From Chiloscyllium plagiosum (Eukaryota): 64,000 bases of DNA. Position 1 is the stretch's first letter; every line of letters starts with the position of its first letter. Location: contig NC_057719.1 of NCBI RefSeq assembly GCF_004010195.1, positions 26,812,418 through 26,876,417 of the forward strand, given 5' to 3'. Shown one piece after another: positions 51,301 to 64,000 of this stretch. The notes under the pieces are model-generated. The model saw only the letters and a list, made by a program, of their open reading frames with translations. It searched no databases and was not told where the DNA came from. Position numbers and translations under genes: made by a program.

Positions 51301-53830
51301 CACCCTCTGTCTTCTACCTTTGATCCAAATGGCTGGTTCTCCTTGTATTCCATGAGAACTAACCTTGCTAACCTGTCTCCCATGGGGAACCATGAAGTCC
51401 ATATAGATCATGTCTACTGCTCTCCACTCATCAATCTTCTTCGTTACTTCTTCAAAAACTCAACTGAGTTTGTGAGGCATGATTTCCCAAGGACAAAGCC
51501 ATGCTGACTATCCCTGATCAGTCCTTGCCTTTCTAAATACATGTACATCCTGTCTGTCAGGATTTCCACCAACAAATGCCCACTACCGACGTTAGGCTCA
51601 CCGGTCTGTAGTTCCCTGGCTTGTCCTTATCACCTTTCATAAATAATGGCACCATGTTAGCCAACCTCTAGTCTTCTGGCACCTCACCTGTGACTATCGA
51701 TGAGACAAAGTTCTCAGCAAAGGACACAGCAATCACTTCCCTAGCTTCCCACAGAGTTCAAGGGTACACCTGATCAGGTCCTGGGGAATTATCCACTTTT
51801 ATGCATTTCAAGACATCCAGCACCTCCTCCTGTGTAATATGGACATTTTTCAAGATGTCAACATCTACTTCCCCACATTCTATATCTTCCATGTTCTTTT
51901 CCACAGTAAACACCGATGCAAAATGCATGTTTAGTATCTCCCCCCATCTCCTGTGGTTCCACACAAAGACGACCTTGCTGATTTTTGAGGGGCACTATTC
52001 TCTCCCTAGTTATCCATTTGTCCTTAATGTATTTGTAAAAACTCTTTGGATTCTCCTTAACTCTATTTGCCAAAGCCATCTCATGTCTCCTTTTTTCCCT
52101 CCTCATTTCCCTCTGATGTATACTCCTACTGCCTTTATGCTCTTCTAAGGATTCACTTGATCTATCCTGTCTATACCTGTCATATGCTTCCTTCTTTTTC
52201 TGAACCAAACCCTAATTTTCTTTAGTCATCCAGCATTCTCTATACCTACCAGCCTTTCCTTTCACCCTAACAGGAATATACTGTCTTTGGACTCTCGTTA
52301 TCTAATGTCTGAAGGCTTCCCATTTTCCAGCCATCCCTTTACCTACGAACATCTGCCCCCAGTCAGCTTTTGAAAGTTCTTGCCTAATCCCATCAAAATT
52401 GGCCTTTCTCCAATTTAGAACTTCAACTTTTAGATCTGATCTATTCTTTTCCATCACTATTTTAAAACTAATAGAATTACGGTTGCTGGCCCCAAAGTGC
52501 CACCTCGGTCACCTGCCCTGCCTTATTTCCCAAGAGTAAGTCAAGTTTTGCACCTTCTCCAGTAGGTACATCCACATACTGAGTCAGACAATTTTCTTGT
52601 ACACACTTAACAAATTCTTCTCCATCTAAACCCTTACTGCTATTGCAGTCCCAGTCTATATTTGAGAAGTTAAAATCCCCTACCATGACCACCCTATTAT
52701 TCCTACAGATAACTGAGATCTCCTTACAAGTTTGTTTCTCAATATCCCACTAACTATTAGGGGGTCTATAGTATAATCCCAATAAGGTGATCATCCCTTT
52801 CTTATTTCTCAGTTCCACCAAATAACTTCCCTGGATGTGTTTCTGAGAATGTCCTGCCTCTGCACTGCTGAAATGCAATCTCATATCAAAAATGCCACTC
52901 CCCTCCTCTCTTGCCTCCCTTTCTGTCCTTCCTGTAGCATTTGTATCCTGGAACATTAAGCTGCCAGTCCTGCCCATCCTGAGTCATGCCGAACCCTCCA
53001 AAATATCCTCTTTCTCCAGTACTGCAAGGCTATCCTTAACCAAGACTACCGCCCCTTCACCTTTCCTTTCTTTCCTATCTTCCTTGAACACTCTGTAACA
53101 AGGAATATTTAACACCTATTCGTGCCCTTCTGGGAGTTAGGTCTCTGTTATAATCATAGCATTGTAATTACATAAGACAATCTGTACCTGTAATTCACCT
53201 GTATGAATTTCCTTTATTATTATTTGCTGTATGATGTGCATTCACATATGTGCTGTATAACCCTTATCTTTGAGCTCCTTGTCACTAGTTTTTTACGAGC
53301 TTCCTAAATTCTGACTGCAGGATCATATCCCCCTTCCTGCCTATATCGTTGGTACCCAGTACATCTTTTGACTGGTCACACTGCCTAAGAGAGTGTCCTG
53401 CAACACTCTGTGACATACTTCGCCCTGGTGCAGGGAGCTCTTCTCCCATCCTGGAGTCATTTTTCTGACCCCTGAAATGCCTGTCTGTTCCCTGTTACCC
53501 TTGCTGATTCTCTCCTGTACACGGAGATGGCCTTCCCATTGTGCCATGCAACTGGTGCTTGCTGCACTCCTCTGAGGAACCTCACCAGTATTCAGAATTG
53601 AAAACGATTGTTGAGTCAGACCTCGGGACTCCTGATCCACCTGCCTGGTTCTTGTGTTCTGCCTGGCAGCCTCTATTCCCTATCTGCATGCATGTCCCTA
53701 ACTCAGTGTGACGACTGCTCTGAATGTGATATCCATGTAACTCTCAGTCTCCAGATGTACACATTGACTGAGTGCAGCTGAGCTTTGAAACGCAGACGTT
53801 TCTGCAGCTGGTGGCACTTCCTGGACATAT
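48400..53830 (-). mobile_element. Old near-full-length CR1 split by a younger CR1
   Basis: Degenerate RT/APE at 48400-50280 continues at ~52990-53830 (APE start and ORF1-like sequence, ORF 53341-53640). Confidence 0.65.
50281..52985 (-). mobile_element. Younger CR1 LINE ORF2 (APE + RT), disabled
   Basis: LLGLYYRPPNS, GDFNF, LDLLLGN, ALANRVKENPKSFYKYI, KFADDTKIG; (CTATGA)n tail. Confidence 0.92.
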
Positions 53831-55036
53831 CTTTGTCCAGGTCATAGGAGGTGTCCCCAACCCAACAAGATGGGTTTCTACATTGCTAAATAACCTGAAC
53901 TTATTTGGGTACTATTCTTTATAAATTAAAGATTAGAGAAAATTGTAATAGCAACTGAGTTTACGTAGAAACTCGACTATATCAAAACATTTTTCAAAAC
54001 AGGAGGAATTAGAGACAAAACTGAGTGATGTTTCAAGTCCTATGAGATTAAGATCTTTGCAATGTTCACCTGAATATGCACCAGCTTTTCTGCTAATGGG
54101 TATCAACAGAATGTTGGGCAGCTTTAAAATTTATTTGTAGTGTGCTTCTGCTAGTACTTATGTATATAACTCTGGACTGAATCAGCCCAAATTTTCTCTA
54201 GCTCTCATGTAAATTTTTGATTCTGTGCTTGACTTTCAAGATAACAATTTTTTCTGTAGAGCTTTCCAAAATTTGATTGCAATTTAGCATTTTTTACGTT
54301 AATTCCTGGAATGTGGATGTAGCTATAAAGGCTGGTCTTTGCTGTCCGTCAGTGCACTACCCTGACTTGAAACTGATTCAAGAAGATTCACCACACCTCA
54401 ATGGCAATGAGCAATAAATCCTGCTGAACCAGTGCTGTCCACATCCATTGAAGAAATGAAAAGAAAAGAATCCTGATTGCCCGTGAGAAATGTTTCCTGA
54501 ATTGCTGCAGTCCATATAGTGTAGGTCCAGCCACAGTATACTTTGGAAGGAAGTTCCAGCTTCTTAATCTAGAGACAATAAAGAAATGTTGACTGAAGAA
54601 TGTGAAAGATATTCCTCATAATCCTGTACACAAAAAGACTCATTTAGTCTACTCTTAATCATCAAGAAAATAATGAAGATGCCCATGATAGTGTTGTCAA
54701 GTAGCACCTCTAAGCAACAAGCTTGCTTGATGATGCTTAATTTGCCTTCTGTCAGAATCATCTGGCTCCAGGTCTCATTACAGCTTTGATCCAGGCATAG
54801 ACGAAAGAGCCAGAGATGAGCAGTGAGTGATATTCAGGCAGCATTTGATTAAATGTGATACTTTGGAGTTTTGACAAAATCTCTGGCAATTGGGGAAAAC
54901 ACTGCTGGTCAGAGTCACACCTAGCACCAAAGAAGATGACCATGGTTTTTGCCAGTGGGACATCACCGCAGATAACTTTAGGATAGATATCTTCAAATGA
55001 ACCTCTCCTGAGATTTTACTGTGCACCACTGTATTG

Positions 55037-55382
55037 AGGGAGGCGATGGCGTAGTGACATTTTTGCTGAACTGTTAATTCAGAGACCCAGGTAATGTTCT
55101 GGACTCCTGTGTTTGAATCCCACCATAGCAGTTAGTGGAATTTGAATTCATTTAAAATCTGGGATTAAGCGGCTAATGATGACCTTGAAGCCATTGGTGA
55201 TTGTCAGAATATCTTATCTGGCCTACTCATGTTCTTTAGGGAGGAAACTTCAATCCTGGTCTGATCTACATATGATTCCAGACCCACAGCAATATGGATG
55301 ACTCTTAACTGCCCTCTGGGGCATTTAGGAATGGGCAATAAATGCTGGCCTAGCCAGAGACGCTCTCATCCTGTGAATCACT
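55037..55382 (+). mobile_element. Second tRNA-derived SINE family (copy on minus strand at ~63340-63655)
   Basis: A-box-like TGGCGTAGTG and B-box-like GTTTGAATCC; tail shared with 54410-54450. Confidence 0.65.
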
Positions 55383-55407
55383 GTGTAAAACATTTCTTAT
55401 AGAAGAT

Positions 55408-56145
55408 ACATAGAGTCAAAGAGATGTACAGCATGGAAACAGACCCTTCGGTCCAACCCGTCCATGCCGACCAGATATCCCATCCCAATCTAGTCCCACC
55501 TGCCAGCACCCGGCCCATATCCCTCCAAACCCTTCCTATTCATATACCCATCCAAATGCCTCTTAAATGTTGCAATTGTACCAGCCTCCACCACATCCTC
55601 TGGCAGCTCATTCCATACATGTACCACCCTCTGCGTGAAAAAGATGCCGCTTAGGTCTCTTTTATATTTTCCCTCTCACCCTAAACCTATGCCCTCTAGT
55701 TCTGGACTCCCCGACCCCAGGGAAAAGACTTTGCCTATTTACCCTATCCATGCCCCTCATAATTTTGNNNNNNNNNNNNNNNNNNNNNNNNNNNNNNNNN
55801 NNNNNNNNNNNNNNNNNNNNNNNNNNNNNNNNNNNNNNNNNNNNNNNNNNNNNNNNNNNNNNNNNNNNNNNNNNNNNNNNNNNNNNNNNNNNNNNNNNNN
55901 NNNNNNNNNNNNNNNNNNNNNNNNNNNNNNNNNNNNNNNNNNNNNNNNNNNNNNNNNNNNNNNNNNNNNNNNNNNNNNNNNNNNNNNNNAATTAAACTCC
56001 ATCTGCCACTCCTCAGCCCATTGGCCCATCTGGTCAAGATCCTTTCATAATCTGAGGTAACCCTCTTCGCTGTCCACTACACCTCCAATTTTGGTGTCAT
56101 CTGCAAACTTACTAACTGTACCTCTTATGCTCGCATCCAAATCAT
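55408..56145 (-). mobile_element. Young CR1 3' portion spanning an N-gap
   Basis: Tail near-identical to 50290-50650; KFADDTKIG...MGQWAEEWQMEFN. Confidence 0.9.
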
Positions 56146-57779
56146 CAAGAAAATAATGAAGATGCCCATGATAGTGTTGTCAAGTAGCACCTCTAAGCAA
56201 CAAGCTTGCTTGCTGATGCTTAATTTGCCTTCTGCCAGAATCATCTGGCTCCAGGTCTCATTACAGCTTTGATCCAGGCATAGACGAAAGAGCCAGAGAT
56301 GAGCAGTGAGTGATATTCAGGCAGCATTTGATTAAATGTGATACTCCCAGTGTCACTAACCAACTGGACATTTATTATAGTTAATTCTCACTAGACTAGT
56401 GCTGGATGCCTCCTCTTGTGCCCAACACCATTGCCATGAACCCACTGTCTTGCAGAAGGAGATGCTGACAGGTTGACCTTTCGTTGTCCTCCCGAAACTC
56501 TGGCTATTTGCCTCAGTTTTGAACATCTGTGCCCTAATTTCAAGTCCCATTATAAGCATCATGATGGCTGGTGGAACTTAATTAATTAATAAATCTGAAA
56601 TATGTACAATTGTAACTTAATTTTGAATTGAATGCCTCGAGAAGTGAACCCAGAACTTTGTATGAATGCATGTAGCCTTGTTAACTATCATGGTTGTTGT
56701 TAATTATTCGTAAAGCTATACCTCTGAATCCCTTTGTTTCTCTACTGAACATAAACATTTAGTTTCCAAGTTGTTAGTGGCTTCATTACGCCATCTACTA
56801 AAATGCAACACAAAAATCTTATTGATATAGATCAATTTGTCACTTACATGCCTATTCTACACATTTCTACAGTCATCATCAGTGTTAAATATAGCACCTA
56901 ATTTGATGTTGTCTACAAATATTTATCTCCTAGTCCTGAGTCTAAATAATTTATGTAAATAGTGAGGAATAGTGGTCCCAGCATCAGTTGCTGTGGAAAA
57001 CCCTTCCCACCTTCTGCCAATTGGAGAACCACTTTTGATCTAACACTATTTGCTGTTTTGTAGTACGTTCATTCCTCAACTCCATGTGCTTGGACATTGG
57101 TCATGGGTCCAATATATGGTGTCTTATCAAAGACCTTTTGCATATCATGTCAAATGCACATGTATTCTCTATTACTTTGATCATAGAGCTGTACAGCATT
57201 CAAACAGACCCTTCGGTCCAATTCATCCATGCTGACCAGATTTCCTAAATTAATCTAGTCCCATGTGCCAGCATTTGGTCCATATCTCTCTCAACCCTTC
57301 CTATCCCTCTGAACCCATCCAGATGCCTTTTAAATCTTTTAATTGGACCAGCCTTCACTACTTCCTCTGGCAGGAAATTCCTGCTCACTTATATTTATAG
57401 TTAAAAAATTAAGATTTTAGGCATTTTGAGCAAAGATTCATTGTTTTTCCTGCCATCAATGTTAAGCTAACTGGTTTATTTTTTCCCTGGATTAGCTCAT
57501 TCTTGCTTTTTTAAATGGGACACCATTCAAACCATTTTGGTACCAGGATAAAGCATAGTGAGGAGGTAAAGGTGCTCAGGGGACAGGAGAAGTCAAACAG
57601 TATTAGAATCAAGAGTACTACTCATTGAACTGGTCCATATCATTTTGAAGCCTCTTTGTGTTCTCCATTCTGTTTAAGTTGCCATACAGTTTTGATTTGC
57701 AACCAACCAACATAGTTGCACCATTCTCTTATCATCTGAATCACTAACCTAGATGATAAATAACTGAGTTCAAAGGTAG

Positions 57780-57915
57780 TCAAAAAGTGTGGCACTGGAA
57801 AAGCACAGCCAGTCAGGCAGCATTCGAGAAGCAGGAGAGTCAACATTTTGTGCTTTTCCAGTGTCACATTTTTTGACTCTAATCTGCAGCATTTGCAATT
57901 CTCCCTTTCTCCTGA
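57780..57915. mobile_element. Penelope-derived short palindromic remnant
   Basis: GTCAAAAAGTGTGGCACTGGAAAAGCACA and its inverse TGTGCTTTTCCAGTGTCACATTTTTTGAC. Confidence 0.65.
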
Positions 57916-58679
57916 GTATAAAGGTATCCAACTAGAGGAGAGTTAATTACAATTCAGTGATTTTACAGAGGCAGATTGGAATCAAACCCAATAGATTGGC
58001 AGCTAAAAGCAATGGAGCACCTTCCAGGAGAAGAAAGTTTGGGTACTGACCACCAGGGGAAAGAAACGCCATTTGAAATTAGAGCTATCTGACTGATTAA
58101 AGTTCTAGGTATTAAAACACAAAAGTTTACAAGGTGAATTTAAGAGTATGGGAAGAATGTAAAATGAGGGATAGAGAGATTGATTGAGAATTGGTAAATG
58201 GACAATATAAAACAGAACCTAAGGGTGTTTTGTAAACAAATGCTAAAATTATAATCAAAAGAAGGATATGGTGATTTGGAACAAAAAGAATCTTGTGGAG
58301 CCAGGGACAAATGAGGTGGTAAATGAACACTCTGTGGCTACCCTTATTAAAGAGAAAGATACCACGAGTATCAGAGCAAAGAATAAGGTAGTCGGAAAGT
58401 TGGATGACATGATTGAAGATCATTAGGAGGTATTAATCAGAAAGCTACTAAAAGGAGTAATGGTGTTCAAAGCAGAAAATCATTCACCCCTCTGGATGGG
58501 ATTATTCCTAGTTGCTGAGAAAAGTCAGGGTGTAGCATAAGTGGTTTGTAGTTGTAACACTAATATAACTAATAAATGATCAGTGATGTCATTTCACACC
58601 CCTCATTTAAAACTGAGAAGTAATTACCACCCTCTAGAGTGAGAGCTTCAAGGATCTTCTCAATAAAGATATAACCTTT

Positions 58680-60770
58680 AATGCAAGTGCTTTTGACACC
58701 ATCCCACCACAGACACTGTCTCACCTACCGAGAGATTTAAAGAGCTTCTGACAGCTGAGAAACAATTCCTCCAGCAATGATGGAATCCTGACTAAAATAC
58801 ACTCCTGACATGAATCCATGACCTCATTGCTCTTGTCTGGAAGAAAGAGAGAATACTGGGAATTCATGGAAGTTGTAATTGTAACAATAATCAATGAAGG
58901 AGACAGGTCTGACTGCAGAAATTACAAAAGGACTTATCGACTGTCCTCCACTGAAAGGGTCAATATGAGGATCCTCTTTAACTGCCTCCTCCTAGAAGCT
59001 GAACAACTCTTCCCCGAGTCTCAATATGACAGTGGTCCATCAAGAGGCACAATGAACATGATTTTCAGTGTGTAACAAAACTATGGAAAGTGCAGGAAAC
59101 CAATCTCTGTATGCAGCTTTCTTTTAATTCGACAAAGGTCTTCCAATTTTTCAATCCTGAGGGATTGTGGAATATCCTTCTCAAATTCAGCTGCACACAG
59201 ACATTCATCACCATTTCCATCTGCTTCATGCTGACATGCAAGTCATGATCCTCACCAATGGATCCACCACATACCTAATACGAATGCAAACTGGGCCCAA
59301 GCAGGATAATGTAATTGATCTAATGCTCTTCTCCATCTTGCTTGCCACAATGCTAATGCTTCACCCCACCAACCTTCTCACCAGAGTGGAGTTAACCTAT
59401 AGGATGAGTGGGAAACTGTTTAAACTTTGCCTCCATGCCATGACTAAGATCACTCCAACTTTGGTCATTGAGTTGCAGTACACAGGTGCACATTGAGAGG
59501 CAGAGCGACAAAGCACTATCAATGAATTCATCAAGGTGTGTGAGGGAATGAGTCTCAAGCTGAATAAAAATTCTCTACCAGCCCAATCCTGCCAACACCA
59601 TTACCTCCGGACATTGAAATCCAAGGTGTGCTCATTGACAACATAGATCATTTTCCATATCTCAGGCGTGTCCTTTTGTGCAAGCAGACATTGACGAGGA
59701 AATCCAATGCTTACTCCAGCCTTCAGACCCTATTCAAAGGCTGATACCTCAGTCCTAACACAAAGCTTCTGGTATAAAGAACTACCATGGGCCCCATCGT
59801 CCTGTATGCATTATAAACTTGAACCATGTACACTAGATACCTCAAATCCCTAGAGAGTTATCACCAGTGTTTTTTTCACAAACTCCTGGCAGGATAGCTG
59901 TACCAATGTGAGTGTCTCTCCCACACCAATATGCCCAGTATCAGGCACTGTCACACACGACCAGCTGTGATGGTGGGGGCCACATTATACACACGCCCTA
60001 CACATAACTTCCTAAACAAAGGCTCTACTCTGAACTCCACCCCCTAAAGAATTGCAATCTCCCCACCGACACGTGGGAATCTCTTCCCTTTGAATACACA
60101 AACTGGAGAAGAAGCATCCACAAAGGTACCAGCTGCCTTGTGCATCACGAGTGGAGCATATGAAGACTCAATGCAAGCTGCGAAAAGAGTGCGCAGAATC
60201 CAGAGAATCCCACTCATCTAGCCATCTTAAACTAGACCCACCTGCCTGTGTTTGGCAGATATCCTTCCAAACTTTTCCTATTCATGTACTTATCCAAATG
60301 TCTTTTCAATGTTGTAACTGTATCTGCATCCACCACTTCCTCTGACAGTTCATTCCACACACTAACTGCTCTCTGTCTAAAAAAAGGTTGCCTCTGTGGC
60401 CTTTTTAAATCTTTCTCCTCTCTCTGTAAAAATGATTCCCCTGTCTTAATGAAAAGACCTTTGCTATTCACCTTTTCTATGCTCTTCATGATTTTATAAA
60501 CTTCTATAAGGTCACCCCTCAACCTCCTACACACCAGTGAAAAATGTCCCAGCCTATTTTTATAATTTAAACCCTCAATTCTATTTTGGGCTTGGACTCG
60601 TTGGACTGAAGGGTCTGTGTCCATGCTGTATGACTCTATGACTAGCTACCCAACTGCGGAGAGTCTGAAGCTCCAAGATTGGACTATTCAGCCACCGTAG
60701 AACTCAGCCTCATTCCCCGAGTGGAAGCAAGTCGCCTTTAACTCCGAGGGAGTGGCAAAGAAGAGGGACC
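58680..60770 (+). mobile_element. RTE-clade LINE, decayed
   Basis: GDRSDCRNYKR...LFPESQ...RGTMNMIFS, TGPKQ, IELQY, C-terminal IGLFSHRRT, short UTR ending AAGAAGAG. Confidence 0.8.
60223..60641. mobile_element. 5'-inverted CR1 insertion
   Basis: Minus-oriented segment 60223-~60580 followed by a plus-oriented tail; CTAGC on both flanks. Confidence 0.75.
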
Positions 60771-62650
60771 TGAGGGAAGAAAATTTTGATGGAGTCCTGA
60801 TTGGCCTGGTCTTTGTAAATAGTTATTAAGTGCTCATTAGTTTGCACCAATATATTTTACAGTCATCTGTCGAAAGTATCAGAACCTGGTTGTGATTTTT
60901 ATGGGGCTTCAGAGGTTTTGATCACAATCTTTCACTCCTGCTTAGATATGGCAATGATCATCGAGGAGTGGAGAGTAGATGTTAAAACCATGTTGAAAAG
61001 ACTGGACTATTTCAAGGCAATCAGCTTAACATCTGTCTGTGGATTTTTAGAACTACTGTTCTGGGGAAAATAATAGTTGGAACTTGGAAACATAAGTGTT
61101 GCTAAGTGCAATTCAGAATGGACCTGTTTGAATCTGTTCGTCTAACAGGTTTGGCTCAGTTGATTAAGTTCTTTGATTAGGAAAATGTATTTGATGTTGA
61201 GAAAATCGAGATTGCGCTTAATAAAGTGCCACTTAATAGACTTCTTAATAAAATTGAAGCCCGTGAAATTAAAGCAACTGTTGCTGTGTAGATATGAAAT
61301 TCACAAAGAAATGGAAAACATAGAGTAGTGTTAAATGGTTGCATTTCCGATCAAGAGTGCAATGATGTCCTCCAGGGATCTGCGTTGGGCCAACTGCTCT
61401 TTTTACGTGTTTTTATGTATTTGTTTATAAATGAATTAGATTATACAATGTTTGCAAATGACTTGAAACTCAGAAACAAAATAACTAGTGAGAAAGATCG
61501 TGACAGACTCAAGGGACATATGGACTGGTGAAATGGGCAGACAAATGGCAGATGAAAATTAATGCAGCGAAGTGTGGAGTAATTCATTTTGCCAAGAATA
61601 ATGAGGAGCAGCAATATAAACCAAATGGTGCAATTTTAAAGCATTTGCAGAATTGAAAAGATCTGGAATGTCTGTAGCTTCTGAAAGTGGAAGGGTAAGG
61701 TGAGCAGGCTGTTAAAAATAATTTTTGGTTTTCTAGATAAAGCTGTAAGGCTTTAAAGGAAGAAAGTTATGCTAAACCTTTAGGAAGGCACTCTGCTGCA
61801 GTAATAAAGATGCATGTCCAATTCTAGTACCACATTTAGGAAGGATGTGAAAACAAAGAACAAAATAAAACCAAGACATTGCAAAGAAGATCTACTAAAA
61901 TGGTACCTGTGTGAGACTTCAGATGTGTGGAGAGACTTGAATGGGAGTTCTTCTTCAAGTAGAGAGGTTTAGATGTTTGATAGAGGTCTTCAAAAATCAT
62001 GAAAGGTTTTAAACAGTAAGAGAGGAGTAACTGTTTCCAGTGGCAGTAATCAGAGGATTCAGGTTTAAGATAACTGACAAGAACCAGAGGAAAAGGTGAT
62101 ATGCAATGAGTTAGCTGGAATACACAACTTGCAGGGCAATAGAAGCAGCATCTGTGATACCATTCAAAACAGATTTGGGTAAATACTTGAAAAAAATAAT
62201 TCTTGACGTATGTACCTGACCTATTTCAGATCTGTATTAATTTATTTTGGTTATAACGTTGAAATAACATTTGCTTTCAGTAGTCCTACTCTTTTTTTTA
62301 ATCAACTTTTGATTTAAAAATAAATTACTTTGCAATCTCATGCCTAGTTCCTTAATGCAATGATTTTAGGTTTGACCAGTTCATCAATTATCTCCTAACT
62401 ATTTGTAATCTTAACTGCCTTGCTTTTTTTTAAAGCTCTTCTTCTGTTAGATCATCTTGTTAATCTACCTGGTAAAACAAAGACAAAATAATTCTTCAAC
62501 GTTGCTGCTGTTTCACTGTTTGTTGTACTGTGAAAGATATTTCAAACATTGAAATGTATTTCTATGATTTTTACCATGTTCATGATGTAACATTTCTAAG
62601 CTGTTTCTTGAAGGAATTAGCAACACGTTCTTTGAGTTAAATGTGAGTTT

Positions 62651-62731
62651 ATGGTGAGAAGGCTCAGATTGACTAAAAAAGGAAAGCCAGAAATTGGTAG
62701 GCAGCAGCCTCTGGGTCAAAGTGTTACACAA
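62651..62731 (+). CDS. Candidate ATG-containing exon (MVRRLRLTKKGKPEIGRQQPLGQSVTQ)
   Basis: Unique sequence; acceptor CTTCTTCTGTTAG at 62450; in-frame stop upstream of the ATG; strong donor CAA|GTAAGG at 62732 (phase 0). Confidence 0.35.
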
Positions 62732-62891
62732 GTAAGGCATCAAAATATTTTTTGTACTTGTTTTAAAAGAAACCTATTTCAGAAGAGATCAGTGAGGCCA
62801 CTTTAGCTCAATGGTGGCTTGCGATTGACAGGGTGTATGAATGGAGATGAAGAAATGGCAGATCCGTGTAAGAATATGTGCAGAATAAGCA

Positions 62892-63098
62892 TGATGTGGA
62901 GGTGCCGATGTTGGACTGGGGTGTACAAAGTTAAAAATCACACAACACCAGGTTATAGTCCAGCAGGTTTATTTGGAAGCACTAGCTTTCAGAGCACTGC
63001 TCCTTCATCAGGTCCTGATAAAGGAGCAGTGCTTTGAAAGTTATTACTTCCAAATAAACCTGCTGGACTATAATTTGGTTTTGTGTGATTTTTAATTT
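62892..63098. mobile_element. Palindromic Penelope pseudo-LTR element with two opposed hammerhead-like cores
   Basis: Arms 62927-63012 and 63014-63098; 10-bp TSD AGAATAAGCA; homologous to 20930-21035. Confidence 0.85.
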
Positions 63099-64000
63099 AG
63101 AATAAGCAAACCAATGTTTGTGTATATTATGGATAGTTTGAGAGAGTGGAATAGTCTGCAGGATAGAAATTCAAATTAAACATATAGATGCTTGATCTTC
63201 TACCAGTTACATGATTATCTTCCAGAAGGTGTGTGCCCTGTACAGAGTCTATTGCATCAGTGGGTGGGAGAGATGATCCTCACAGAACAGCACCAAGAGG
63301 CTCTTGTGGCATCTCTGATTCTTTTTTTTTTAAGAAGACATTTGCTCATGGAACCCAGATTTTGCTAGCTCGGCTAGCACTTGTTTCCCAGAGAGTAGTT
63401 TGCTATGGATATGGAGTCACAGATCAGACCAGGCTAGGACAGCAGATTTCCTTTCCTAAAGGATATCAGTGAACTAATAGATTTTTACAATAATTGACAG
63501 TGATTACATGGTTACCATTAGGCTGGCTTTGAAGTCCAGATTTTTCTTTAATTCAATTCACATTTCACTATCTGCTGCAGTGGAACTGAACCAATGTTCC
63601 CAGCACATTAGCCTGAGATTTTGGATTACTTACTCATCATTGTGATACCACCTCCATTTTATTCTGATAAGAATCAGACAAACAAACTATTTTAAGAAGA
63701 TAATTCAAATATTTTAATGTTTTTAACTCAATGTGTTGAGAGAAGCTGTTACACATCTCTTGAGCAGATAGGATGAACCCAGATCTCTTGGCTCAGAGGT
63801 AGAGTCACTGCTGCTATATTACAAGAGTCCCTGAGAATTCAACCTTTTTTAATGGTTGTTGCTGTCTTTCCTGCGTTACCCATTACCGATTACCACAATT
63901 CTGAGATGATTTAAAGTGCAGACTTTCTCCATTTCTCCTGTTATAGAAATTTCAATTGTCTCGTTCATTGTGATTGAAAGGACACATCTGTTGAGTGTTA

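Larger units (their letters stand above)
57930..62200 (+). mobile_element. Very old CR1 ORF2 split by an RTE insertion
   Basis: Linker region 57930-58530 resumes at ~60900; DVLQGSALGQLLF, MFANDLKL. Confidence 0.65.

Overview
Repeat-dense vertebrate genomic DNA, most likely shark/elasmobranch (inferred from HE1-type tRNA SINEs and their CR1/HER1-like LINE partners). There are three N-gaps (9728-10529, 39279-39284, 55768-55989) and no prokaryotic-type genes, rRNA, true tRNA or CRISPR. Most long ORFs are decayed transposon fragments: many CR1 LINEs, another CR1/L2-clade family, an RTE, a Rex1/Babar fragment, and Penelope-like elements and their short derivatives carrying hammerhead-ribozyme-like cores. 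There are also solo LTRs, a Tigger-like MITE, a very decayed canonical Gypsy provirus (33966-38283), and a Gmr1-type Gypsy provirus with SCAN-like gag and integrase upstream of RT (21961-27529). A CpG-rich island at ~39.3-39.75 kb looks like the first exon of an unidentified + strand host gene, with candidate downstream exons at ~40.4, 46.5 and 62.5-62.7 kb. Repeat boundaries are approximate unless a TSD or terminus is quoted.
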